DNA from: Opitutia bacterium KCR 482
GTDB taxonomy: Bacteria > Verrucomicrobiota > Verrucomicrobiia > Opitutales > Intestinicryptomonadaceae
Length of the DNA: 32,000 bases
Direction of reading: 5' to 3'
Assembly (NCBI GenBank): GCA_029269845.2
Contig: CP149973.1
Coordinates: 2,160,001-2,192,000, forward strand
Every line of letters starts with the position of its first letter. Positions within the stretch are counted from its first letter, which is position 1. Positions 15,970 through 24,320 of the stretch are shown here, one piece after another. The notes under the pieces were generated by a model, which saw only the letters and a program-made list of their open reading frames with translations, ran no database searches and was not told where the DNA came from. The translations under genes and the position numbers were made by a program.

Positions 15970-16997
15970 GGAAGTGTTTCGAATTTTGTGTTTACGAGTG
16001 CCAGTTTGAGCGCAAGCAGCGCAAGCCCCGCGCCCGCAAACCACTGGAACAGCTCGCGGTACGACGTGAAGTTGCGGAGCTTGACCGCCGTCTTTTCGAG
16101 CCTGTCGATGTCGGAATAAATGTTTTCAAGCTCGCGCAGGTTTGTTGCGCGGTAGAATTTGCCGCCCGTGATTTCGGCGATTTTTTTGAGGGTTTCCTCG
16201 TCCACGTCGCTGCGCATGTCGCCGCCGTAGACGGGGTTGCCCGCGCGGTCGCGGACCACGCGCGAGTCGGCGTCGAGCGCGGCGGCGGGCACTATTCCGC
16301 TTCTGCCGGCGGCGATTGCGTAGATTTTTGCGCCGTAGGTTGCGGCGGCTTCGGCGGCGGCAATGGGCGATATTTTGCCCGCGTTGTTTTCGCCGTCGGT
16401 CAGCAGAATCACCACGCGCGACTTCGCGTTTTTGAGGTCGCGCAGTCTGTTTACGCTCATGCCGATTGCCGAGCCTATCGCGGTTCTGTTGGCGTCTATT
16501 ACGCCGATTTCGATTCGTTCGAGGTTCTGTTTCAGCCAGTCGTGGTTGAGCGTCATGGGCGAGACCAAAAACGAGTTCGCCGCGAACGCCACCATGCCGA
16601 TTCTGTCGTTCGGGCGTTTTTCGACGAACGCGTCTACGACTTCCTTGACGGCGTCGAGGCGTGTCATCGGTCGTTTGCGCGATGCGGAGAAATCGAGACC
16701 CGCCATTGAGCCTGAAACGTCGATTGTGAGCACGATGTCGATTCCGCTTTCCTCGCGCACGCTGTATCCCGTGCCGATTTGCGGGCGGGCGAGGGCGACG
16801 ATAAGCAGGGCGAGCGCAAGCAGCGTCAGCGGGAATTTCCAAAGTCCGACCGCCGCGCGGTTGCGCTTTGCTGCGTCCTTTGCTACCGCCACGCTCGAAA
16901 AAATCAGCGAGCCGCTTTTGCCGCCCGCGCCGCGAAGCAGCGCGAGCACGGGGAGGACGAGCAGCGCCCACAAAAATTCGGGGTTTGCAAAAGTCAT
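15966..16997 (-). CDS. batA: BatA-like vWA-domain membrane protein
   Basis: 343 aa with N-terminus MTFANPEFLWALLVLPVLALL, MIDAS motif DVSGSM, and a C-terminal TM segment. The start overlaps the upstream stop (ATGA). Confidence 0.88.
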   Translation of the reverse strand: MTFANPEFLWALLVLPVLALLRGAGGKSGSLIFSSVAVAKDAAKRNRAAVGLWKFPLTLLALALLIVALARPQIGTGYSVREESGIDIVLTIDVSGSMAGLDFSASRKRPMTRLDAVKEVVDAFVEKRPNDRIGMVAFAANSFLVSPMTLNHDWLKQNLERIEIGVIDANRTAIGSAIGMSVNRLRDLKNAKSRVVILLTDGENNAGKISPIAAAEAAATYGAKIYAIAAGRSGIVPAAALDADSRVVRDRAGNPVYGGDMRSDVDEETLKKIAEITGGKFYRATNLRELENIYSDIDRLEKTAVKLRNFTSYRELFQWFAGAGLALLALKLALVNTKFETLP

Positions 16998-17788
16998 TGC
17001 GCGTCTCCTTTCGCTTCGTGTGAGTCGGGAGTTTCGGGCGCGGATTTTTTCGAATCGGCGTCTTTTTGTTTGCGGCGTTCGGCGGTTTTCGCGTCGTCGC
17101 TATCGACGAACGCGAGCGCAGTTTCGGCGAGTTCGGGCGCGTTTGCGAAAACGTGTTGGGCGAATTTCGCCATGTCGGCAAGCGTGAGTATTTTTTTGAG
17201 CGACTCCCTGCCTCCGTCGTCGAATTCGTCGGACTCCGAGACGATTTTCAGAAATTCCTCCGTCGTGCGTTCGGGGGCGGGAATGTCGTGCGCCTCTTCT
17301 ATATAGTCGCGCACAGCCTGGCTTACCTCCGAGGCGTACGCCTTTGCGCCGAGCTTTTGCGAGATGTCGCGGGCAAGCTCTATGCGGGCTGTCGCGCGTT
17401 CGGCGGGCGGGACTGCGGGCGTCTTTTTGCGCCTTAGCGCGAACGCCGCAAGTATCGCGGCAAGCGCGGCGGCGGCGGCAATCCACGCGCCGTATTTTTC
17501 GGCGAAGCCGCGCCCGATTTTATCGGTCGCGCCCTCGATTTCTGGGAAGAGGGCGGCGAATTTTTCGGGGTCGGGTTTGGGCTGTTCAGCCTGCGCGTTC
17601 GGCGTTCCGAGCGGGTTTGCAAAGCTTTGCGGTTGCGCGAAATTCGGCGCGGACTGCGCGGGCGTTCCGAACATCTGCGCGGCGGGCGCGGGAATTTGCA
17701 AAGGCGCGGAAGCCCCGTTTTGCGGGGCTTGCGCGTACGCCGCCGTTGCCGCTAGCGCGGCGCAAGTTATGTGCAAAATTTTTTTCAT
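16994..17788 (-). CDS. DUF4381-like Bat-operon protein with an N-terminal signal peptide and a P/Q/A-rich extension
   Basis: 264 aa. It sits between DUF58 and batA, as in Bat operons. There is one central TM (WIAAAAALAAILAAFALRRKK), then ...VRDYIEEAHDIPAPERTTEEFL...LADMAKFA, the pattern I associate with DUF4381. ATGA overlaps occur at both ends. Confidence 0.7.
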   Translation of the reverse strand: MKKILHITCAALAATAAYAQAPQNGASAPLQIPAPAAQMFGTPAQSAPNFAQPQSFANPLGTPNAQAEQPKPDPEKFAALFPEIEGATDKIGRGFAEKYGAWIAAAAALAAILAAFALRRKKTPAVPPAERATARIELARDISQKLGAKAYASEVSQAVRDYIEEAHDIPAPERTTEEFLKIVSESDEFDDGGRESLKKILTLADMAKFAQHVFANAPELAETALAFVDSDDAKTAERRKQKDADSKKSAPETPDSHEAKGDAQ

Positions 17789-18702
17789 TGGCGTTTTGCG
17801 CGTCTTTCGAAAAACTTTCTCAAAGGCGTTATGAAAGGCTTGTCTGTTCTGATTTCAAGCAGGTCGATTTTCGACCGCGCGAGTGCCCGCTTGAAGTCGG
17901 CGAGCCGCCGCGCGTTGATTTCGGCGTAGGTTTTGCGAACCGCGGTGCTCGACGTGTCGAGCGAGACTATTTCGCCCGTTTCGGAGTCTTCGAGAGTGAG
18001 CACTCCGAGCGCGGGGAGAACGGTTTCGCGCGGGTCTACGATTTCGAAGCAGACGAGGTCGTGCCTGCGGTTCGTGATGTCGAGGGCTTTGAAGACCTCA
18101 GATTTTCCCTCCGGGTCGGGAATCTTTCCGTCTGGCCCTTGCAGAAAGTCCGAGACGAGCACGACTATCGCCCTGCGTTTTAGTATGCGGTTTACCTCTT
18201 CGAGTGCGCGGGCGATGTTCGTGCCCCTGTGTTGCGGCTCGAACGCGAGAATGTCGCGGATAAGCCGCAAAATGTGGCGTCTGCCCTTGCGCGGCGGAAT
18301 GATGTGTTCGGCGTCTTCGGTGAAGAGCACAAGTCCGACTTTGTCGTTGTTCCGCGCCGCCGAAAACGCCAGCGTGCTCGCGATTTCCGCCGCGATTTCG
18401 CGCTTCGACGAGTCGCCGCTACCGAACTGTCCGCTTGCCGAGAGGTCTACTGCCAGCATCATGGTAAGCTCGCGCTCTTCGCGGTATTTCTTGACGTGCG
18501 CCTTGCCCGTGCGGGCGGTTACGTTCCAGTCGATAGACCTGATTTCGTCGCCGGGCTGGTATTCGCGAGCCTCCTCGAAGTCCATGCCGCGCCCCTTGAA
18601 GACGCTGCGGTACGCGCCCGCGAGGTTCTCGCTGACCTGCCTGTTGGTGCGGATTTCTATCTGCCGCACCTTTTTGAGCATTTCTGTGATTTTGTCGCCC
18701 AT
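17785..18702 (-). CDS. DUF58-domain protein (MoxR-associated, vWA-like)
   Basis: 305 aa with RGMDFEEAREYQPGDEIRSIDWNVTARTGKAHVKKY, the hallmark DUF58 motif. It lies 15 nt downstream of moxR. Confidence 0.88.
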   Translation of the reverse strand: MGDKITEMLKKVRQIEIRTNRQVSENLAGAYRSVFKGRGMDFEEAREYQPGDEIRSIDWNVTARTGKAHVKKYREERELTMMLAVDLSASGQFGSGDSSKREIAAEIASTLAFSAARNNDKVGLVLFTEDAEHIIPPRKGRRHILRLIRDILAFEPQHRGTNIARALEEVNRILKRRAIVVLVSDFLQGPDGKIPDPEGKSEVFKALDITNRRHDLVCFEIVDPRETVLPALGVLTLEDSETGEIVSLDTSSTAVRKTYAEINARRLADFKRALARSKIDLLEIRTDKPFITPLRKFFERRAKRQ

Positions 18703-18717
18703 AACAGCGCGCGCGGT

Positions 18718-19710
18718 TTAGGGAACTGCGACTTTGTCGAGGGTTTTCGAAACCACGTCTTCGCTCGAAATTCCCTCGGCTTCGGCTTCGTAGCTTACGA
18801 TGATTCTGTGTCTGAGAACGTCGGGGGCGATGTCCTTTACGTCCTGCGGCACGACGTACCCGCGCCCCTGAATGAACGCGTGCGCTTTCGCCGCGAGTGT
18901 GAGGGCGATTGTCGCGCGGGGGCTTGCGCCGAACTGCACCATGTCGCGCAGGTCGGCGAGTCCGTATTTTTCAGGTTCGCGGGTCGCAAAGACGATGTCT
19001 ACGATGTAGTCCTTGATTTTGTCGTCGATGTAGATTTCGTCCACGACTTCGCGCGACTTCATGATTCTTTCGGGCGAGACCACCGTGTTTATCGCCTCTA
19101 CCACGCGCGTTTTCGCCATCAGGTCGAGGATTATGCGCTCCTCTTTTTTGTCGGGATAGCCGATTTTAAGCTTGAACATGAATCTGTCGACCTGCGCTTC
19201 GGGGAGCTGGTATGTTCCCTCCTGGTCGATCGGGTTTTGCGTTGCGAGCACGAGGAACGGCTCGGGAAGCGCGTATGTCTCGCCGCCGATTGTTATCTGG
19301 CGTTCCTGCATGGCTTCGAGCAGCGCGCTCTGGACTTTTGCGGGGGCGCGGTTGATTTCGTCGGCAAGCACGATGTTTGCGAAAATCGGGCCTTTCTGCG
19401 TGATAAATTCGCCCTTTTGCTGGTTGTAGATTAGAGTGCCCACGATGTCGGAGGGCAGGAGGTCGGGCGTGAACTGAATGCGGCTGAATTTGGCGTCCAT
19501 TGCCGCCGCCATCGTCTTCACCGCGAGCGTTTTCGCAAGCCCCGGCACGCCTTCAAGCAGAACGTGCCCGTTTGCGAGAATGCCCGTCAGAAGCCTGTCC
19601 ACAAGGTATTTTTGCCCGACGACGGATTTTGCGATTTCGTTTCTTAACAGCAATGTCCAGTCGGACGCCGCCTTGACTTTGTCGTTTATTTCGCTGAGGT
19701 TTGTACTCAT
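18718..19710 (-). CDS. moxR: MoxR-family AAA+ ATPase
   Basis: 330 aa with Walker A LLEGVPGLAKT, Walker B VLADEINRAPAKVQSALLEAMQE, and a typical MoxR length. Confidence 0.93.
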   Translation of the reverse strand: MSTNLSEINDKVKAASDWTLLLRNEIAKSVVGQKYLVDRLLTGILANGHVLLEGVPGLAKTLAVKTMAAAMDAKFSRIQFTPDLLPSDIVGTLIYNQQKGEFITQKGPIFANIVLADEINRAPAKVQSALLEAMQERQITIGGETYALPEPFLVLATQNPIDQEGTYQLPEAQVDRFMFKLKIGYPDKKEERIILDLMAKTRVVEAINTVVSPERIMKSREVVDEIYIDDKIKDYIVDIVFATREPEKYGLADLRDMVQFGASPRATIALTLAAKAHAFIQGRGYVVPQDVKDIAPDVLRHRIIVSYEAEAEGISSEDVVSKTLDKVAVP

Positions 19711-19739
19711 ATTTTTCGTGTTTTAATTAAATTTAACTT

Positions 19740-19759
19740 GGAAGTAAATCGGAAGTAAA
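19740..19759 (-). promoter_or_regulatory. Tandem 9-mer (minus strand TTTACTTCC-GA-TTTACTTCC) 30-50 nt upstream of the moxR ATG; overlapping -35-like elements or a regulator site
   Basis: The plus strand reads GGAAGTAAA TC GGAAGTAAA at 19740-19748 and 19751-19759. AT-rich -10-like hexamers (TTAAAT, TAAAAC) lie downstream on the minus strand. Confidence 0.4.
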
Positions 19760-19788
19760 GCGGCCGCCATTAGCCGCATTTTTTCGAT

Positions 19789-19815
19789 GCGCTAATCGAC
19801 AAATATATTTAGCGC
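19789..19815. promoter_or_regulatory. Inverted repeat GCGCTAA-N13-TTAGCGC upstream of the Bat operon
   Basis: 7-nt perfect arms at 19789-19795 and 19809-19815 with an AT-rich 13-nt spacer. No U-tract follows on either strand, so it is not a classical terminator; it may be an operator. Confidence 0.35.
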
Positions 19816-19849
19816 GTTGTTCCGAATTTTTCGGCGCGGCTACGCAACT

Positions 19850-21151
19850 CTAACGGTTTTCCGAAGATTCCGCGTTCTCGACGCTCTCGGCGGCGTCGGA
19901 GCGGAATTCGAAATTTATGCGCGGGCGGAAGTCGCGGTTTTCCTCTTTGGGCTTTTTTTCGCCCTGTTCGGGTTGTCCTTCCGCTTGTTCGGGGTCGAGC
20001 TTCGACTTTTCTTTTGCCTTCAACAAAACGCTCTCCTGCGCGAACGCCTCCAACGCGGGCGTCTTGCGCGCGCTTCCCGCCGCGCTCGGTATTGTGTGCG
20101 GCGCGGATTCCGCCTTTCCCGCCGATTTCGCCAAGCCCGCGGGGCTTGCTGTGTTGGGAACGGCGTTTGCGGCGGCTTTCAATTCCTCCGACTCGTTTGC
20201 GGCTTCCGCCACGGTTTTTGCCGCCTGAGAGTCCTGCGGATTCTCCGCGGTCTCGGCGACGGCGTCGGCTTCGTCCGCTTGCTCTGCGTCTTTTTTTGAT
20301 TTGCCCTCGGCTTCGTCGCCGCTTTCCGCGCTCTTTTTGCCGAAGGAGTCGGCGGCGTAGAAAAACACCCCCGACGGCCCAGCGTCCTGCTTCAACACGA
20401 TTGACGCGTATCTGATTTTGTCGAGCGGCGTTCGGAAGAGGGGAGTCTTTCCGTGCGCCGTCGTCGAGCCGTAGCAGAACGAGATGAAATCGACAAGTTC
20501 GTCGCTCGTGAATTCGATTCTGTCGCCGTCGTCGAAATTCTCCTTTTCGAGGTCGATTTCTATCTCGCCGAGCTTCGCAAGCCCCGACGTGTCGAGCCTG
20601 TCGTCGACAGTGTTGTGCTTGGGCGCGGGGGCATCGGTCTTTCCGTCCCAGGAGACCCTGTAATTTTTCGAGTTCGGCTCGAAAGTTTCCTCGTCTACGA
20701 TTCCGAACACCTCTATTCGCAGCTTGTTTTCGGCGGAGCTTTCAGCCTTTTCCGCCGCGCGCTCCGCCGAGATTCCCGCGGGCGGCGGCGGCAGAGATTC
20801 CGCGCTTTGCGCGTTCGATGCGGGCACGAGCGGAAGCTTCTTTGCGAAAATCGAAAGCGTCGCGGTTATCACGACGTCGCGCGACGGCGCAAGCCCGACA
20901 GCGGGCGCGTCGAATTCGAACGGAATGTACGCTATTGCGCGTTCGCCCTTTGCGTTGTTTACGGCGATGAAGTCCGACTTCGAAAAGTCCCTGTTCGGGT
21001 CGGCCTCGAAAATGAATGTGTCGCCGCGGGCGGCGGTTATTTCCTCCGCGCATGCGACGCGCGCCGCCAGCGCAATAAGAATCGGCAAAGCCGCAAGCCG
21101 CGCGCATTCCGAAGCTGTCTTAAAAAAACGGTTTCCGCCCCTGCTTTTCAT
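19850..21151 (-). CDS. Secreted hypothetical protein: beta-rich N-terminal domain plus ~170-aa acidic Ala/Glu/Lys-rich disordered tail
   Basis: 433 aa with signal peptide ...LAALPILIALAARVACA-EE. The N-terminal motif AARGDTFIFEADPNRDFSKSDFIAV...ERAIAYIPFEFD resembles the start of DNRLRE/CBM-like secreted domains (from memory, unverified). The tail is rich in A, E, K and S. Confidence 0.75.
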   Translation of the reverse strand: MKSRGGNRFFKTASECARLAALPILIALAARVACAEEITAARGDTFIFEADPNRDFSKSDFIAVNNAKGERAIAYIPFEFDAPAVGLAPSRDVVITATLSIFAKKLPLVPASNAQSAESLPPPPAGISAERAAEKAESSAENKLRIEVFGIVDEETFEPNSKNYRVSWDGKTDAPAPKHNTVDDRLDTSGLAKLGEIEIDLEKENFDDGDRIEFTSDELVDFISFCYGSTTAHGKTPLFRTPLDKIRYASIVLKQDAGPSGVFFYAADSFGKKSAESGDEAEGKSKKDAEQADEADAVAETAENPQDSQAAKTVAEAANESEELKAAANAVPNTASPAGLAKSAGKAESAPHTIPSAAGSARKTPALEAFAQESVLLKAKEKSKLDPEQAEGQPEQGEKKPKEENRDFRPRINFEFRSDAAESVENAESSENR

Positions 21152-21207
21152 GGAAGTAGAATGTCGGTTTGCGAAAACTTTGTCGAGCGCATTTTGCGGG
21201 CGTCCCC

Positions 21208-21236
21208 AAAAAACAACCCCGACCGAATGGTCGAGG
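21208..21236 (-). terminator. Rho-independent terminator after hpf
   Basis: Minus strand reads CCTCGACC-ATTC-GGTCGGGG (one G-U pair) followed by TTGTTTTTT. Confidence 0.75.
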
Positions 21237-21266
21237 CTGCGCTGTTGCCCGCTTTCGCGGGGTAAA

Positions 21267-21626
21267 TCAGATTTTCGGAAGCGCGGCGGGAATGTCCACC
21301 TTGTGGAGCGTGCCGCGCTTGATTCTTTCGAGCCTGTGGCGGCGGCGGATTTTCCTCGTCAGCTTTACGATAAGTTCGTCGATTGATTTGTACATGTCGT
21401 CGCTCTCGACGCTTACGACCATATCCGACCCCTGAATTTCTATGTGCCCTTTCGCGGAAAATTCGTTGTGCTTGCTCTTGTTCGGCTTGTACGCGAGTTC
21501 TATGCGGAGCCTAATGATTCTGTCATCGTGGGTGAACAGCTTGGACATTTTGTTTACCACGCTCTGTTTGAGGGCGTCGGTAAGTTCCAAGTTTTGTCCG
21601 GATATGATGATGTCGTTTTCGTTCAT
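21267..21626 (-). CDS. hpf: Ribosome hibernation promoting factor / RaiA family (short form)
   Basis: 119 aa. IISGQNLELTDALKQSVVNKMSKL...IRLRIELAYK...FSAKGHIEIQGSDMVVSVESDDMYKSIDELIVKLTRKIRR matches the S30AE/HPF fold pattern. There is a good Shine-Dalgarno (AAAGGAAGAA) before the ATG. Confidence 0.88.
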   Translation of the reverse strand: MNENDIIISGQNLELTDALKQSVVNKMSKLFTHDDRIIRLRIELAYKPNKSKHNEFSAKGHIEIQGSDMVVSVESDDMYKSIDELIVKLTRKIRRRHRLERIKRGTLHKVDIPAALPKI

Positions 21627-21779
21627 TTCTTCCTTTCGGGTTTGGTGGCGGCGTGTTGCCGGCGTTTGTCGGGCGCGCGAGCCTGTTAAAGTTGTTCCGC
21701 AGGGCGGAGTTTTGTGAAAGAGCGTTCGATGTCCGTCTCGCGATTTTTTAACATTTTAGTGTTGAAAAAGAACCGCGTT

Positions 21780-21809
21780 TTGTCTGATTTTACCGCCTAA
21801 GGGTAATAT
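21780..21809 (+). promoter_or_regulatory. Putative promoter of the SDR gene
   Basis: TTGTCT (21780-21785), an 18-nt spacer, then TAATAT (21804-21809). The ATG is at 21862. Confidence 0.3.
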
Positions 21810-21861
21810 CCCGACGGCAGTGGACAAGGTAGTGTAAAGAACCGAAAATTTCAAGAAAAAA

Positions 21862-22710
21862 ATGGAGAAGAATCACAGAAAACCGAATCGAAAAAAACTC
21901 GAATTAATCAAGCGCGAACTGGCGGAATACGACGCCGTTGTAATCACGGGCGCGTCCTCCGGAATCGGGCGCGGGATTGTCGAGCTAATCGACGAAGTTT
22001 CGCATGTGAGGCTTTGCAACATTTCCCGAAGTTTTCCTTCTTTTCTTTCCGACCGCAAAGACTTCCTCCATGTTCCGTGCGACCTGAAAAATTCCGCGGA
22101 AATTTCAGCCGCTATTCCCGGAATTTTCGGGTTCATCGGCGCGGGACGGAACGGGAATCCGCCGAAGATTCTGCTTGTCAATAATTCGGGATTCGGCGCG
22201 TACGGCGAATTTCCCGAACCGTCGGTTTCGAGAAATTGCGAAATGGTAGATGTGAACGTCCGCGCCGTCGCCATGCTTTGCGGCGAATTTGCCGACGCGA
22301 TACGCGCGGGGCGCGGCTCTATAATAAATATCGCAAGCACTGCGGCGTTTCAGGCGTGCCCGCAGCTTGCGGTTTACGCGGCGACAAAGTCTTTCGTCAA
22401 AAGCTTCACGCTCGGAATCTCCCACGAACTGCGCAAACACGGATGCAAATGCCTTTGCGTCTGCCCGGGGCCTACAAGTAGCAACTTTTTCCGCGCGGCG
22501 GGCTTCGACACTCCGCCGCTACCGTCGGGCTTCGGGCACGAACCGCGCGACGTCGCCGAGGCGGCGTTGGAGGCTTTGGCGCGGGGAAAGATTTTGAAAA
22601 TCGTGGGGCGGACAAATTTTCTGCAATGCGCGGCGACGCGCTTTGTTCCGACGGCATTGCTTGTGAAAATATCGGGCTTTGTCTTGGAGCGGATACGCTC
22701 ACTGAAATAG
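21862..22710 (+). CDS. Short-chain dehydrogenase/reductase (classical SDR)
   Basis: 282 aa with cofactor motif VVITGASSGIG, NNSG, and catalytic YAATKSF (YxxxK). Confidence 0.88.
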   Translation: MEKNHRKPNRKKLELIKRELAEYDAVVITGASSGIGRGIVELIDEVSHVRLCNISRSFPSFLSDRKDFLHVPCDLKNSAEISAAIPGIFGFIGAGRNGNPPKILLVNNSGFGAYGEFPEPSVSRNCEMVDVNVRAVAMLCGEFADAIRAGRGSIINIASTAAFQACPQLAVYAATKSFVKSFTLGISHELRKHGCKCLCVCPGPTSSNFFRAAGFDTPPLPSGFGHEPRDVAEAALEALARGKILKIVGRTNFLQCAATRFVPTALLVKISGFVLERIRSLK

Positions 22711-22845
22711 GCGGGCGGTTTTTGCGGAGGGCGGAACGTTTCGGCGGCGCGGGTGTAAGTGGCGCATATAAAGTCAATTCCGCCGCGCGGCGGATTCGGC
22801 GCGGAGATCGGCTTCAAAAAAAATGAAAATTTTAAAAAAAATGTC

Positions 22846-22873
22846 TTGCCAAGCCGCCGAAAATTCCTACATA
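22846..22873 (+). promoter_or_regulatory. Putative tRNA promoter with an upstream A/T-rich UP-like element
   Basis: TTGCCA (22846-22851), a 16-nt spacer, then TACATA (22868-22873). The A/T tract CAAAAAAAATGAAAATTTTAAAAAAAATG lies at 22815-22843. The tRNA starts at 22897. Confidence 0.4.
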
Positions 22874-22896
22874 TATGGGGCTTTAAAAATCAAGTC

Positions 22897-22978
<82 letters not shown>

Positions 22979-23026
22979 TTTGATTTTTTTACGAGGAGCA
23001 AAGGGCGAATGCCCCGCGCAAAAATC

Positions 23027-23102
23027 GGGGCCGTAGCTCAGTTGGAAGAGCGCTAGAATCGCACTCTAGAGGTCGTGAGTTCGAACCTCATCGGCTCCAC
23101 CA
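23027..23102 (+). tRNA. tRNA-Ala (anticodon CGC), CCA encoded
   Basis: Manual fold. Acceptor GGGGCCG/CGGCTCC includes the G3:U70 alanine identity pair. Anticodon stem CTAGA/TCTAG with loop ATCGCAC (CGC at 23060-23062). T-loop TTCGAAC and a 3' ACCA. Confidence 0.92.
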
Positions 23103-23109
23103 TTTAAAA

Positions 23110-23137
23110 AACGCAATCCGCTAGGGTTGCGTTTTTT
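23110..23137 (+). terminator. Rho-independent terminator after the tRNA pair
   Basis: Stem AACGCAATCC (23110-23119), loop GCTA, stem GGGTTGCGTT (23124-23133), with the T-run extending to 23137. Confidence 0.75.
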
Positions 23138-23286
23138 GTTTCCTCGTGTCGTGCGGCAAGGCGCGGGGTAAGTTCGACGTCTTTTTGGTATGAAAACGCG
23201 ATGTTTGTTTGAAAGTGTTTTTTGTGTGTCGTTGGCACGTTTATAGTTTGAAGAATTCGCATTCAGTGTTAAAACGATTGCATTTA

Positions 23287-24261
23287 ATGAAGAAAAATTC
23301 GGACAAATCGGGAGCGGGCGACGGCGGCAAATACGCTTGGAGCATTTACGGCAACGAGGAACTGAAACTCATGCCGTCGGGCAACCGCATTGTCTACTTC
23401 ATGCACAGGCGGCGCGGCGAGGTTCGCCCGATTTCCGCGCTCGACCGCGACGAGCGTCTGCTTCTGATGCCGCCGTCGTCCGTCGGCGACGTCTGGAAAA
23501 AATTTGCAATTTCGCTGCTCGGCTATGCCGACCACACAAAGGGCTACTACCATTCGCGCGTGAACGAGTCTTTCCACGACATGCTGATTGTTGAAAAGGG
23601 CGTGCTGGGCGCAAAATTCGGCGGCGGAAAATTCTCGCTCGCCCGCGGCGACGCGCTCGTCATTCCGCGCGGAAATCTGTGCGACAACTTTGTCAGCAAC
23701 ACAAACACCTCCGTCTGGTGGATTCATTTTGCCGACATTCCGTATTGGTCGGACAGGCTCGGCGCGGAGGTTTCGGTGAGGCAGCTGGGGAGCTTCGGCG
23801 CGTTGTCGGCTCTCATGCGGGCTTTCATGGAGGAGGTCTTTTCGCCCGACGCAAGCAGGGCGGTTCTCGCAAACATTGCGTCTTCCATCGTAGAGATTTT
23901 CGGGCGCGAGTTTTGCGCGAGGAAGTCTGGCGACTCCGCGGGCGACGCCGTCGCGCGGCTTCTGGCGGAAATCGCCGCAAATCCTTGTGCCGACTGGGAC
24001 AGGGAGGCTCAGGCGCGGAGGCTTTCCGTTTCGCCGCGCACGCTCGACAACCACTGCATGGCGCGCTTCGCCCGCACTTACTCGAAATTTCTGCGCGACT
24101 GCCGCATGGATTACGCCCTGCGGCTTGTCCGCCAAGGCGCGAAAAACGCCGAAATTGCGCGGCTCGTAGGCTATGCCGACGCATATTCGTTTTCGAAGGC
24201 GATGCGCGCGCATTTCGGCAAATCTCCGCGCGAGCTTAAAGGCGGCTTCCCCGCCGCGTAA
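23287..24261 (+). CDS. AraC-family transcriptional regulator (cupin-like sensor N-terminus, HTH C-terminus)
   Basis: The C-terminal ...LSVSPRTLDNHCMARFARTYSKFLRDCRMDYALRLV...IARLVGYADAYSFSKAMRAHFGKSPRELK is a typical AraC double-HTH. I prefer the ATG at 23287 (MKKNSDKSG) over the track's TTG at 23209. Confidence 0.88.
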   Translation: MKKNSDKSGAGDGGKYAWSIYGNEELKLMPSGNRIVYFMHRRRGEVRPISALDRDERLLLMPPSSVGDVWKKFAISLLGYADHTKGYYHSRVNESFHDMLIVEKGVLGAKFGGGKFSLARGDALVIPRGNLCDNFVSNTNTSVWWIHFADIPYWSDRLGAEVSVRQLGSFGALSALMRAFMEEVFSPDASRAVLANIASSIVEIFGREFCARKSGDSAGDAVARLLAEIAANPCADWDREAQARRLSVSPRTLDNHCMARFARTYSKFLRDCRMDYALRLVRQGAKNAEIARLVGYADAYSFSKAMRAHFGKSPRELKGGFPAA

Positions 24262-24296
24262 AAAACAAAAGGCGTTCCGGATTTCTCCGAAACGCC
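24261..24296 (-). terminator. Rho-independent terminator of the DUF5107-like gene in the convergent gap with the AraC gene
   Basis: Minus strand reads GGCGTTTCGGA-GAAA-TCCGGAACGCC (one G-U) followed by TTTTGTTTTT. Confidence 0.75.
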
Positions 24297-24320
24297 CTGC
24301 GTCTGTTCTGCCGCCCTCGG

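Noticed and set aside
21643-21657. TGGCGGCGTGTTGCC, resembling a sigma54 promoter, in the hpf/SDR intergenic region.
   Set aside because: The GG-to-GC spacing is one nucleotide short of the -24/-12 consensus, and the site lies about 200 nt from the nearest same-strand start.
22780-22793. Perfect 14-nt GC palindrome CCGCCGCGCGGCGG downstream of the SDR gene, considered as a terminator.
   Set aside because: No U-tract follows on either strand. Short GC palindromes arise readily in GC-rich DNA. I could not identify a convincing terminator for the SDR gene.
23233-23250. Sigma54-like -24 element TGGCACG upstream of the AraC gene.
   Set aside because: The -12 position reads TAGT instead of TTGC (the GC dinucleotide is missing at the correct spacing). 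The overlapping TATAGT (23242-23247) is better read as a sigma70 -10.
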